Shown: positions 19,752-28,238 of the stretch, piece after piece
Position numbering within the stretch: position 1 is the first letter of the stretch
How the letters are laid out: each line of letters begins with the position of its first letter
DNA from: Blattabacterium cuenoti
GTDB lineage: Bacteria; Bacteroidota; Bacteroidia; Flavobacteriales; Blattabacteriaceae
Length of the DNA stretch: 32,000 nucleotides
Reading direction: 5' to 3'
Assembly (NCBI GenBank): GCA_014251975.1
Contig: CP059204.1
Coordinates: 330,001-362,000 of the forward strand
Notes under the pieces: model-generated
The model's database searches: none
What the model was told of the DNA's origin: nothing
What the model saw: the letters and a program-made list of their open reading frames with translations, nothing else
Program-made: the position numbers and the translations under genes

Positions 19752-20735
19752 TTATGAATTAATTAAAATAAATAATTTTTTTATTAAAATATTTAGTCCT
19801 TCTTTATTTAATGAAGAAATAAATACAATATTTTTTTCAATACAAGAAAATGTATTAAATATTTTTTTCTTTTTTATATCATCTAATAAATCAGATTTAG
19901 AAATTGCTAACATTCTTTTTTTTTCTAATAATTTATAATTAAATTTTTTTAATTCATTTAATAATATTAAATATCGATTTTTTTTTTCTTTTTCTTCTGA
20001 AGATATTAAAAATAATAAAACTGTATTTCTCTCTATATGTCTAAGGAATTTATATCCTAAACCTTTTCCTTCAGATGCTTTTTCTATAATACCAGGTATA
20101 TCTGCTACAACAAAATTATCAAACCCTTTTTTTACAACACCTAAGTAAGGAATTTTATTAGTAAATGGATAATTTCCAATTTTTGGTTTTGCTTTAGTTA
20201 TAACAGAAAGTAAAGTTGATTTTCCAGAATTAGGAAATCCTATCAATCCAACATCAGATAATATTTTTAATTCAAAAAAAAACCAATATCCTTTTGTTTT
20301 AATACCACTTTGTGCATATAAAGGTGATCTTTTGATAGATGTCTTGAAAAAAACATTTCCTTTACCTCCTTTCCCTCCTTTTAAAATAATATTTTTTTGT
20401 GAATGTTTTTTTATTTCTACAATTAGATTGTTATTATTATCCTTTACAATTGTACCAACTGGTACATCTATTACAATATTTTTACCATTTGAACCTGTAA
20501 TATTATTTCTTTTACCAGAATTACCTGAATCTGCTATACAATGTTTTTTATACCTTAAATGTATAAATGTATTAATTTGAGAATTACCTTTAATAATAAC
20601 ATCTCCTCCCTTACCACCTGATCCTCCATCAGGTTTACCATTAATAGTATTTTTATCTTTAACAAAATGAACATATCCAGATCCACCATCTCCACTTTTA
20701 CAAAAAATTTTTATAAAGTCTATAAAATCATTCAT
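19752..20735 (-). CDS. obg: GTPase Obg/CgtA
   Basis: 327 aa. The N-terminal Obg fold has glycine-rich repeats (GDGGSG, GGSGGKGG). The G domain has GFPNSGKST and DIPG. Its ATG overlaps the adk stop by 1 nt (TAATG). Confidence 0.95.
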   Translation of the reverse strand: MNDFIDFIKIFCKSGDGGSGYVHFVKDKNTINGKPDGGSGGKGGDVIIKGNSQINTFIHLRYKKHCIADSGNSGKRNNITGSNGKNIVIDVPVGTIVKDNNNNLIVEIKKHSQKNIILKGGKGGKGNVFFKTSIKRSPLYAQSGIKTKGYWFFFELKILSDVGLIGFPNSGKSTLLSVITKAKPKIGNYPFTNKIPYLGVVKKGFDNFVVADIPGIIEKASEGKGLGYKFLRHIERNTVLLFLISSEEKEKKNRYLILLNELKKFNYKLLEKKRMLAISKSDLLDDIKKKKIFNTFSCIEKNIVFISSLNKEGLNILIKKLFILINS

Positions 20736-21328
20736 TATAATTTTTTATTTTTTATAAAATATTTTATTTGTTTTTCTATTAATATAAATATATCATTTAT
20801 TGAATAATATGCTTTTATTGTTATTATATAATTTTCCCATTTAGTATTTTTCCATATTAAAGATGTTTTTCTGTTATATTCCTTTATTCTATTTTTAACA
20901 ATTGATAAATTACTATCGTCATATCTTAAACTAGTTTTAGCTCTTTTTAATAATCTATCAATAATTAAATTATTATTCATTTTAAGATGAAAAATTATAT
21001 TTATTTTCCCTAAAGAAAGTTTTTTTAATGTTTTTTCTAAATAAAATGCTTGTTTAATTGTTCTAGGATATCCATCATAAATAAGACCTTTACATCCTAA
21101 ATATTTTTTTAATTCTTTATTAATTATAGTTATAGTAGTAAAATCAGGGACTAATAACCCTTTATTTATATAATAATTAACAATTTTTCCTAGTTTAGTA
21201 TTTCTTTTTATATGATCTCTAAAAATAATACCTGTAGATAAATGAGTATATCCAAAATTGTTTGCTATAATTTTAGCTTGAGTCCCTTTACCACATCCTG
21301 GAGGTCCAAATAATATAATATTGATCAT
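20735..21328 (-). CDS. adk: Adenylate kinase (short LID type)
   Basis: 197 aa. P-loop GPPGCGKGTQ and DGYPRT are present. Confidence 0.94.
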   Translation of the reverse strand: MINIILFGPPGCGKGTQAKIIANNFGYTHLSTGIIFRDHIKRNTKLGKIVNYYINKGLLVPDFTTITIINKELKKYLGCKGLIYDGYPRTIKQAFYLEKTLKKLSLGKINIIFHLKMNNNLIIDRLLKRAKTSLRYDDSNLSIVKNRIKEYNRKTSLIWKNTKWENYIITIKAYYSINDIFILIEKQIKYFIKNKKL

Positions 21329-21376
21329 AAAATTAAAAATATAAGTATAGTGATGTTAAAAATAAAATATATTAAA

Positions 21377-22783
21377 TTAACTTTTTTTATTTATGTAATG
21401 TATAGACTTACCACAATATAAAAATATTGCTTCTAAAATAGATTCACTTAATGATGGATAAGGATGTACACTATTTAATATTTCTTCACTAGTAGTTTCT
21501 AATTTTCTTGCTATTACAACTTCTGAAATTAAATCTGAGACCTTATTACCTATCATATGACATCCTAACCATTCGTCATATTTTTCGTCAAAAATTAATT
21601 TTATAAATCCATCTGTGTAATCATCACATATAGATCGATCAAGAAAACTCAAAGGAAATTTAGATATTTTTAATTTAAAACCTTTTTTTATTGCTTCTTT
21701 TTCAGTTATACCTACTGAAGCGATTTCAGGAAAAGAATATATACATTTTGGTATATTATTATAATCTATATTTTGACAATTTAATCCCTTTATATTTTCA
21801 ATACAATTTATACCTTCATGAAAAGCTACATGTGATAATGATATGGTATTTATAACATCTCCTATAGCATAAAATCCATTTATATTTGTTTTATAATTTT
21901 TATCTACTACTATATAACCATTGTTGACATTAATTCCTATTTTTTTTAATCCAATATTTTTAATATTTGGACTTACCCCAATTGAATACAGTAATATGTC
22001 AGATTCTAATGTTATTTTTTTATCAGGATTATTTTTTATATAAAATTGTACAAATACTTTTTTATTTTTTTTAAATACCTTATCTATAACAGAAGATGTA
22101 TATACTAATACTCCAGTTTTTTCTATATAAGATTTTATATATATAGATATATCTTCATCTTCATTTGGTAATACTAATGAACTAGCTTCTATAAGAATAA
22201 TTTTAGATCCCATACAATTATAAAAATAAGAAAATTCTAATCCTATTGAATCAGTCCCAATAATTATCATAGTTTTTGGAATAAAAGATAAAGACAAAGC
22301 TTCTTTATATGTAATTATACTTTTACCATCATATAATTCTTTATCTATTTTTGGGGTAGCCCCAGTAGCAATTATTATATTAGAAGCAGAAAATATTTTT
22401 ATTTTATTTTTATATAAAACTTCTATTTTTTTTCCTTTTTTGAGTTTGCCTTCACCATAAATAACATTAACACCATTTTTTTTTAACAAATAATAAATTC
22501 TTTTTTTTATGGTATTAACAGTATTTCTACTTTTTATAAAAATTTTATCAATATATATATCAAAATTATTATTTATACCAAATAATTTTATGTTTTTTTT
22601 TATATCTTGTAATAATTTAGCACTATTTAAAATAGATTTAGTTGGTATGCATCCCCAATTTAAAGATATTCCACCAAGTTCATTTTTTTCTACTATTGCA
22701 GTTTTCATACCAAGCTGTGCTGATCTTATAGAGGCCACATAACCTCCAGGACCACTTCCCAAAATAATAACATCGAAATGCAT
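21377..22783 (-). CDS. lpdA: Dihydrolipoyl dehydrogenase family flavoprotein (E3-like) with atypical active-site motifs
   Basis: 468 aa. The FAD motif GSGPGG, the C-terminal HPYPSLSE His-Glu dyad and overall Lpd architecture are present. The disulfide motif reads GGISLNWGCIPTK (Ser where the first Cys is expected), and the NAD motif reads GTDSIG instead of GxGxxG. Confidence 0.85.
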   Translation of the reverse strand: MHFDVIILGSGPGGYVASIRSAQLGMKTAIVEKNELGGISLNWGCIPTKSILNSAKLLQDIKKNIKLFGINNNFDIYIDKIFIKSRNTVNTIKKRIYYLLKKNGVNVIYGEGKLKKGKKIEVLYKNKIKIFSASNIIIATGATPKIDKELYDGKSIITYKEALSLSFIPKTMIIIGTDSIGLEFSYFYNCMGSKIILIEASSLVLPNEDEDISIYIKSYIEKTGVLVYTSSVIDKVFKKNKKVFVQFYIKNNPDKKITLESDILLYSIGVSPNIKNIGLKKIGINVNNGYIVVDKNYKTNINGFYAIGDVINTISLSHVAFHEGINCIENIKGLNCQNIDYNNIPKCIYSFPEIASVGITEKEAIKKGFKLKISKFPLSFLDRSICDDYTDGFIKLIFDEKYDEWLGCHMIGNKVSDLISEVVIARKLETTSEEILNSVHPYPSLSESILEAIFLYCGKSIHYINKKS

Positions 22784-22803
22784 AAAATTTTGTTATAAAA
22801 TTA

Positions 22804-22813
22804 CAAATTTTTA
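22804..22813 (-). promoter_or_regulatory. Candidate -7 box variant (TAAAAATTTG) for lpdA
   Basis: The minus strand reads TAAAAATTTGTAATT, which is TA-N3-TTTG. It ends 20 nt upstream of the lpdA ATG. Confidence 0.3.
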
Positions 22814-22814
22814 C

Positions 22815-22822
22815 TAAATTTG
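22815..22822 (+). promoter_or_regulatory. Candidate Bacteroidota -7 box (TAAATTTG) for tal
   Basis: Exact TAnnTTTG match, ending 36 nt upstream of the tal ATG. It is part of the right arm of the inverted repeat. Confidence 0.4.
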
Positions 22823-22858
22823 TAATTTATAATTAGTTTTAAATTTTAAAGTTTATTT

Positions 22859-23524
22859 ATGAAATTTTTTTTAGATACAGCTAATATAAAAGATATAAAA
22901 AAAGCTAAGTCATTAGGTATTTTAGATGGTATTACAACTAATCCTACTTTAATTTCCAAAGAATATTTAGTATATGATGAAAAAAAAATTATTAAACATT
23001 ATATAAATATATGTAATTTACTGGAAGATGAATCAGATTTAAGTGTCGAGGTTATAAGTAATACTTATATAGAAATGATAAAAGAAGGAAAAAAAATATC
23101 TAAGTTACATCCTAAAATTGTAGTTAAAATTCCTATGACAGAAGATGGAATTAAAGCTATAAAATATTTATCAAATAATGGAATAAAAACTAATTGCACT
23201 CTAGTTTTTTCTCCATTACAAGCTTTACTAGCAGCTAAATCAGGAGCTGAATATGTATCTCCTTTTATTGGAAGATTAGATGATTTATCATATAATGGTA
23301 TTTTTTTGCTAAAAGAAATAATGAATATTTATAAAAATTATAATTTTAAAACAAAAATATTAGCAGCATCTATTAGAAATCCTATTCATATTTCTGAATG
23401 TGCAAAAATAGGTATTTATGCAGTTACTGCACCTATAAAAGTAATTCGTACATTAATAGAAAACCCCCTAACAAAAATAGGTCTAGATAAATTTTTAAAC
23501 GATTACAATAAAAAAAAATATTAA
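22859..23524 (+). CDS. tal: Transaldolase / fructose-6-phosphate aldolase family protein (short TalC/Fsa type)
   Basis: 221 aa. MKFFLDTAN, GITTNPTL, the Schiff-base lysine context VVKIPMT, and SPFIGRLDD are present. Confidence 0.92.
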   Translation: MKFFLDTANIKDIKKAKSLGILDGITTNPTLISKEYLVYDEKKIIKHYINICNLLEDESDLSVEVISNTYIEMIKEGKKISKLHPKIVVKIPMTEDGIKAIKYLSNNGIKTNCTLVFSPLQALLAAKSGAEYVSPFIGRLDDLSYNGIFLLKEIMNIYKNYNFKTKILAASIRNPIHISECAKIGIYAVTAPIKVIRTLIENPLTKIGLDKFLNDYNKKKY

Positions 23525-23832
23525 TTTATTTTAATTTTATTATTCAATAAATATTGAATTGCTATAGATGTTGATTTAGGAAACTTTTCATAAAATCTTG
23601 ATAATTCTATTTGTTCTTTATTTTCAAATATTTCTTCTAGATTATTTTTATTTATAATATTAAATTCTTCTAGTTTTTTATCTAAATCACTCTTAATTTC
23701 TTTTTTTATTTTTTTACTAATTCTATCCAATATACATATTATTTGATATATATTTTTCCCAGATATTTTTTCTAAAAGAGCTCTATCGAATGTAACTGTA
23801 TTTAATGGACTATTTTCAATATTTAATTTCAT
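23521..23832 (-). CDS. Hypothetical protein (103 aa, no recognisable motif)
   Basis: The ORF has an ATG start that overlaps the ferritin 3' end by 17 nt. Its stop overlaps the convergent tal stop (TTAA at 23521-23524). It is predicted helical and charged, with no TM segment. I recognise no family. Confidence 0.45.
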   Translation of the reverse strand: MKLNIENSPLNTVTFDRALLEKISGKNIYQIICILDRISKKIKKEIKSDLDKKLEEFNIINKNNLEEIFENKEQIELSRFYEKFPKSTSIAIQYLLNNKIKIN

Positions 23833-24331
23833 ATTTTTTCAAATTTTTAATTTCTTTATCAAATAAATATAGACCAATTTTATTATCTTTTAACAATTTT
23901 ATTTTAGATAAGATAATTTTACTTAATGATTCTTCTTCCATTTGTTCTTCTATATACCATTGTAAAAAATTATATGTAAAATAATCTTTTTCTTTCAAAG
24001 AAAGTTCAATTAAACAATTAATTTTTATAGAAATAGATTTTTCGTGTTCAAATAATTTTTCAAATAATTCTGTTAAAGAATTATATTCAATTTTTATAAT
24101 ATTTTTATTATTATTTATTTTTAAAAATGCACTACCACCCCTACCATTTATATATTTCATTAATTTTAACATATGATATCTTTCTTCATTAGAATGATTA
24201 TATAAAAAGCTACATATACCATGATATCCTCTTATTTCAGCCCATGAAGCCATATTTAAATATAAAATAGATGCTATCCATTCTCTATTTAATTGTAATA
24301 TTAATTCTTCTTCTAATTTATTGTTTAACAT
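23816..24331 (-). CDS. ftnA: Ferritin (non-heme, bacterial Ftn type)
   Basis: 171 aa. Ferroxidase ligand pattern: E in NREWIAS, Y in LYLNMA, EERYH, HEKS, and QWYIEEQ. Confidence 0.9.
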   Translation of the reverse strand: MLNNKLEEELILQLNREWIASILYLNMASWAEIRGYHGICSFLYNHSNEERYHMLKLMKYINGRGGSAFLKINNNKNIIKIEYNSLTELFEKLFEHEKSISIKINCLIELSLKEKDYFTYNFLQWYIEEQMEEESLSKIILSKIKLLKDNKIGLYLFDKEIKNLKKYEIKY

Positions 24332-24334
24332 ATC

Positions 24335-25225
24335 CTAAAATATTAATTTTTTCAATAAATTTATCATTTCTTTTCTTAAAGATGATGTACCTTGTACAAG
24401 TGGTAATCTAACATATGGAGGGCATAATCCAATAATATTTAACAATGTTTTTATCCCTGTAGGATTCCCTTCTTTATATATAAGATCTATTATTCTTCTT
24501 ATCTTATAAAAAATATAAAAAGATTTTTCTATATCTCTATCTATAGCGTAAATAATCATATCAGAAATTTGTTTTGGAAATCCTTGTGCTATTACAGAAA
24601 TTAATCCACTACCTCCTCCTAATATTATTGGTAATGCTATTAAATCATCACCTGATATAACATTAAAATCTATTAATTTATTTTCTATAATTTTATAAGA
24701 TTGTAAGATATTCCCAGATGATTCTTTTATACCTATTATATTTTTTTTAAAATCTTTTGATAATTTATGTATTGTATCTGGTAAAATATTTGATCCAGTT
24801 CTTTTAGGAACATTATAAATAATTAATTTTACATTCGTATTATTAATTATTGATTTATAATGTTGATAAATTCCATCTTGAGATGGACTATTATAAAATG
24901 GAGAAACTGAAAGAATAGCATGAAAACTAGATAAATTTTTTGTATTATTTATTGTATCAATTACATTTTTTGTATTATTACCCCCAATACTTAAAATTAA
25001 AGGTAATTTATTACAATTTATTCCTTTAATACAATCAATTATATCTTGTTTTTCTTCTTTATTTAAAGAAGAGGCTTCAGAAGTAGTTCCTAAAACTACT
25101 AAATAATCTACATTATTTTGAATTACATTTTTTACTATATTTTCAATACTATAAAAATCAATATCTCCATTTTTTTTAAATGGGGTAATTAACGCTACAC
25201 CTGTACCAATTAATAAATTACTCAT
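24335..25225 (-). CDS. dapA: 4-hydroxy-tetrahydrodipicolinate synthase
   Basis: 296 aa. GVALITPF, GTTSEASSL, YNVPKRTG and the catalytic-lysine context GIKESSG are present. Confidence 0.94.
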   Translation of the reverse strand: MSNLLIGTGVALITPFKKNGDIDFYSIENIVKNVIQNNVDYLVVLGTTSEASSLNKEEKQDIIDCIKGINCNKLPLILSIGGNNTKNVIDTINNTKNLSSFHAILSVSPFYNSPSQDGIYQHYKSIINNTNVKLIIYNVPKRTGSNILPDTIHKLSKDFKKNIIGIKESSGNILQSYKIIENKLIDFNVISGDDLIALPIILGGGSGLISVIAQGFPKQISDMIIYAIDRDIEKSFYIFYKIRRIIDLIYKEGNPTGIKTLLNIIGLCPPYVRLPLVQGTSSLRKEMINLLKKLIF

Positions 25226-25278
25226 ATTATTTAATTTCAGTTTATTTAGTTTAGCAGATGTAAGCGTTTATTTAATAA

Positions 25279-25551
25279 TTAATAATTTCTTTTCATTCTT
25301 GGTCTAGCAGATGAAACTATAATATTTCTCCCCATTAATTCTTTACCATTTAATTTGTCTATTGCTTTCTTTGCGTCGTCTTCATTAGACATTTCTATAA
25401 ATCCAAAACCTTTACTTCTCTTATTGGATTCATCGAATATAATTTTTACATTTACAACTTCACCTATTGAATTTTCAAAAAATTCTTTTAATTCTTTTTC
25501 TGTCATTTCATATGACAAATTACCTACGTATAATTTTGTATTATTTTCCAT
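25279..25551 (-). CDS. RNA-binding protein (single RRM domain)
   Basis: 90 aa. RNP2 is KLYVGNL and RNP1 is KGFGFIEM. This is the typical small RRM protein of Bacteroidota. Confidence 0.9.
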   Translation of the reverse strand: MENNTKLYVGNLSYEMTEKELKEFFENSIGEVVNVKIIFDESNKRSKGFGFIEMSNEDDAKKAIDKLNGKELMGRNIIVSSARPRMKRNY

Positions 25552-25569
25552 AATAAATTATTATAATTA

Positions 25570-25577
25570 CAAATTTA
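25570..25577 (-). promoter_or_regulatory. Candidate Bacteroidota -7 box (TAAATTTG) for the RRM protein gene
   Basis: The minus strand reads CTAAATTTGTAATT, an exact TAnnTTTG, ending 18 nt upstream of the ATG. It shares the 12-mer AAATTTGTAATT with both arms of the lpdA/tal repeat. Confidence 0.4.
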
Positions 25578-25672
25578 GAAAAATATTCTTTTTATATAAC
25601 AAAAAAAAAAATAATTTTTTCTATTTTATAATCAATTTTTTTTAATATTAGTTATTTTTAAAGTATGTTTTA

Positions 25673-26854
25673 ATGAGTAATTTTTCTATTATTTCTTCAT
25701 TATTAGATAATGATTTTTATAAATTTATTATGCAATACGCTGTTATTAAGTTATTTCCTAAAGTAAAAGCAAAATATAAATTTATAAATAGAGGAGAACA
25801 TACTTTTCCTAAAAATTTTGATAAAATATTAAAAGAAAATTTAAAAAATATGTCTTATTTGACATTATCTAATGAAGAAAAAACATTTTTGAAAAAAAAT
25901 ATACCATATTTAGACTCAAAATATTTAAATTTTTTAAAAAAATTTAAATATAATCATCAAGAAATTACAATATCACAAAAAGATAATTATATAAAAATAA
26001 ATATAGAGGGATTATGGTATAGAACAATTTTATGGGAAGTACCTATAATGGCTATTATATCTGAATTATATTATAAATTAAATGGTATTAAAGAATTATC
26101 AAATAAAGAAATCAAAAACACAACAATAAAAAAAATAGATAAATATAAAAAACTAAAAGTAAAAATAGGTGAATATGGAACTAGAAGAAGATTTTCTTAT
26201 AATATTCATAAACAAGTTATTAAAATATTAATAGATAAAGGATCATCATTTTTTTTAGGGAGTAGTAATGTACATCTATCTCATATTTTTTCAAAAAAAC
26301 CTATAGGCACTGTAGGACATGAATGGATCATGTTTCATGCAGCAAAATATGGATTTAATTTTGCAGATAAAATAGCTATGAAAAATTGGATAAAAATATA
26401 TAAAAGTAATTTAGGTTTTGCTTTATCTGATACATATACATCTAATATTTTTTTTAAAAACTTTAATAAAAAATTATCAAATTTATTTGATGGGATTAGA
26501 CATGATAGTGGGGATCCATATATTTTTATAAAAAAAACTATAAAACATTATAAAAAATATAAAATTAATCCTTTAGAAAAAAAAATTATATTTTCAGATA
26601 ATTTAAATCCAGACAAAGTATCTAAAATATCTTCTTTTTGTAAAGGTAAAATATCTCCTTATTTTGGAATAGGAACTAATTTTACAAATGATCTCGGTAT
26701 TAAACCTATGAATATTGTTATAAAAATGGTAAAGTCTTTTATAGAAAAAAAATGGATATCAGTTGTAAAACTTTCTAATATTAAAGGTAAAACTACAGGT
26801 AATAAAAATATGGTATTTTTTGCTAAAAAAATACTCCGTTTAAATAAATTTTAA
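25673..26854 (+). CDS. pncB: Nicotinate phosphoribosyltransferase
   Basis: 393 aa. LLDNDFYKFIMQ, GEYGTRRR and the phosphohistidine context GTVGHEW are present. Confidence 0.92.
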   Translation: MSNFSIISSLLDNDFYKFIMQYAVIKLFPKVKAKYKFINRGEHTFPKNFDKILKENLKNMSYLTLSNEEKTFLKKNIPYLDSKYLNFLKKFKYNHQEITISQKDNYIKINIEGLWYRTILWEVPIMAIISELYYKLNGIKELSNKEIKNTTIKKIDKYKKLKVKIGEYGTRRRFSYNIHKQVIKILIDKGSSFFLGSSNVHLSHIFSKKPIGTVGHEWIMFHAAKYGFNFADKIAMKNWIKIYKSNLGFALSDTYTSNIFFKNFNKKLSNLFDGIRHDSGDPYIFIKKTIKHYKKYKINPLEKKIIFSDNLNPDKVSKISSFCKGKISPYFGIGTNFTNDLGIKPMNIVIKMVKSFIEKKWISVVKLSNIKGKTTGNKNMVFFAKKILRLNKF

Positions 26855-26862
26855 CAATTATT

Positions 26863-28194
26863 ATGATTGAATTTGACAGTAAAATATCTAATTTTAATAA
26901 AAAAAGTTTTTATATAGAAAATTATGGATGTCAAATGAATACTTCTGATAGCGAAATAATTACATCTATATTATTAAATAATGGTTTTTTTTTATCAAAA
27001 AATTTATATAAATCAAATATAATATTGTTTAATTCATGTTCAGTTAGAAAAAAGGCAGAATTAACATTAAAAAAAAGACTAGAAAATTTAAAATTCTTAA
27101 AAAAAAAAAAAGTATTATTTATAATCGTCGGATGTTTTTCTAAAGAATTTAAAGAAAGTTTAATTGAAAAAAATATGGTTGATTTTTTTGTTAATCCTGA
27201 TTCTTACAAAGAAATACCAAATATTTTTTTTGGAACTAAAAAAAAATTTTTTAGAAAAAGAGAATCGTACGATGATATTCCTATACTTAAAAAAATTATA
27301 GATAAAAAAATTACATCTTTTTTAAATATAACAAGAGGATGTAATAATATGTGTACATTTTGTATTGTACCTTTTACTAGAGGTAGAGAGGTAAGTAATA
27401 ATCCTACTAATATTATAGAAAAATGTAAAATTTTATACGAACGTGGTTATAAAGAGGTAACTCTTTTAGGACAAAATGTAGATTCTTATAAATGGGTTAA
27501 CAAAAATTATGTTTTATATTTTTCAGACTTACTTGATATTATAGCTAAAGAATTACCATTCATGAGAATACGATTTACTACTTCAAATCCTCATGATATG
27601 TCAAAAAATGTTTTAGAAACTATATATAAACATAAAAATATATGTAAACATATACATTTACCAGTTCAATCTGGAAGTAATAAAATATTAAAATTGATGA
27701 ACAGAAAATATTCTAGAGAAGATTATATTTTATTAATAAAAAAAATCAAAGATATAATTCCTAATTGTTCAATATCTCACGATATAATGACTGGATTTTG
27801 TAATGAAGAAGAAAAAGATCACTTGGATACTATTAGTTTAATGAATAAAATTAAATATAATTATGGATATATGTTCTCATATTCTCCAAGACCAGGAACT
27901 TATGCATATAAAAAACTTTATAACAATGTTCCTGAATATATAAAAAAAAGAAGATTAAAAGAAATTATAAAATTACAAAATAGCCATTCATTATTAAGAA
28001 TGAAAGAATATATAGGTAAACTTCAAGAGGTATTAATAGAAGGATTATCAAAAAAAAATAATAATTTTTTATACGGACGAAATACACAAAATTTAGTTAT
28101 TGTTTTCCCAAAAAAACATTTTAATATTGGTGATACTGTATTTGTTAAAGTAAAAAAAGCTACATCAGCTACGTTAATAGGAGATATTATATAA
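26863..28194 (+). CDS. miaB: tRNA-i6A37 methylthiotransferase MiaB
   Basis: 443 aa. It has the N-terminal UPF0004 cysteines (GCQMN), the radical-SAM CNNMCTFC motif, and a C-terminal TRAM-like region. Confidence 0.94.
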   Translation: MIEFDSKISNFNKKSFYIENYGCQMNTSDSEIITSILLNNGFFLSKNLYKSNIILFNSCSVRKKAELTLKKRLENLKFLKKKKVLFIIVGCFSKEFKESLIEKNMVDFFVNPDSYKEIPNIFFGTKKKFFRKRESYDDIPILKKIIDKKITSFLNITRGCNNMCTFCIVPFTRGREVSNNPTNIIEKCKILYERGYKEVTLLGQNVDSYKWVNKNYVLYFSDLLDIIAKELPFMRIRFTTSNPHDMSKNVLETIYKHKNICKHIHLPVQSGSNKILKLMNRKYSREDYILLIKKIKDIIPNCSISHDIMTGFCNEEEKDHLDTISLMNKIKYNYGYMFSYSPRPGTYAYKKLYNNVPEYIKKRRLKEIIKLQNSHSLLRMKEYIGKLQEVLIEGLSKKNNNFLYGRNTQNLVIVFPKKHFNIGDTVFVKVKKATSATLIGDII

Positions 28195-28238
28195 TTTTTA
28201 ACAATAATAATTCATAATTATGGAAATTTCTAAAAAAA

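Larger units (their letters stand above)
22798..22828. repeat. Perfect 13-bp inverted repeat in the lpdA/tal divergent spacer
   Basis: AAATTACAAATTT (22798-22810), a 5-nt spacer, then AAATTTGTAATTT (22816-22828). Each arm read toward its gene contains an (A/T)AAATTTG -7-box-like sequence. Confidence 0.8.

Noticed and set aside
20332-20580. 82-aa + strand ORF
   Set aside because: Antisense to the Obg N-terminal domain; a shadow ORF.
22509-22742. 77-aa + strand ORF
   Set aside because: Antisense to the lpdA N-terminal FAD domain; a shadow ORF.
25252-25313. 9-mer TAGCAGATG repeated 53 nt apart (25252-25260 in the dapA/RRM spacer and 25305-25313 in the RRM gene 3' end), possibly a decayed duplication of the gene end
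   Set aside because: Similarity beyond the 9-mer fades into generic AT-rich matches. There is no structure or ORF consequence, and it cannot be separated from chance without genome-wide k-mer statistics.
25355-25645. 96-aa + strand ORF
   Set aside because: Antisense to the RRM protein gene and running into a pure-AT spacer; a shadow ORF.
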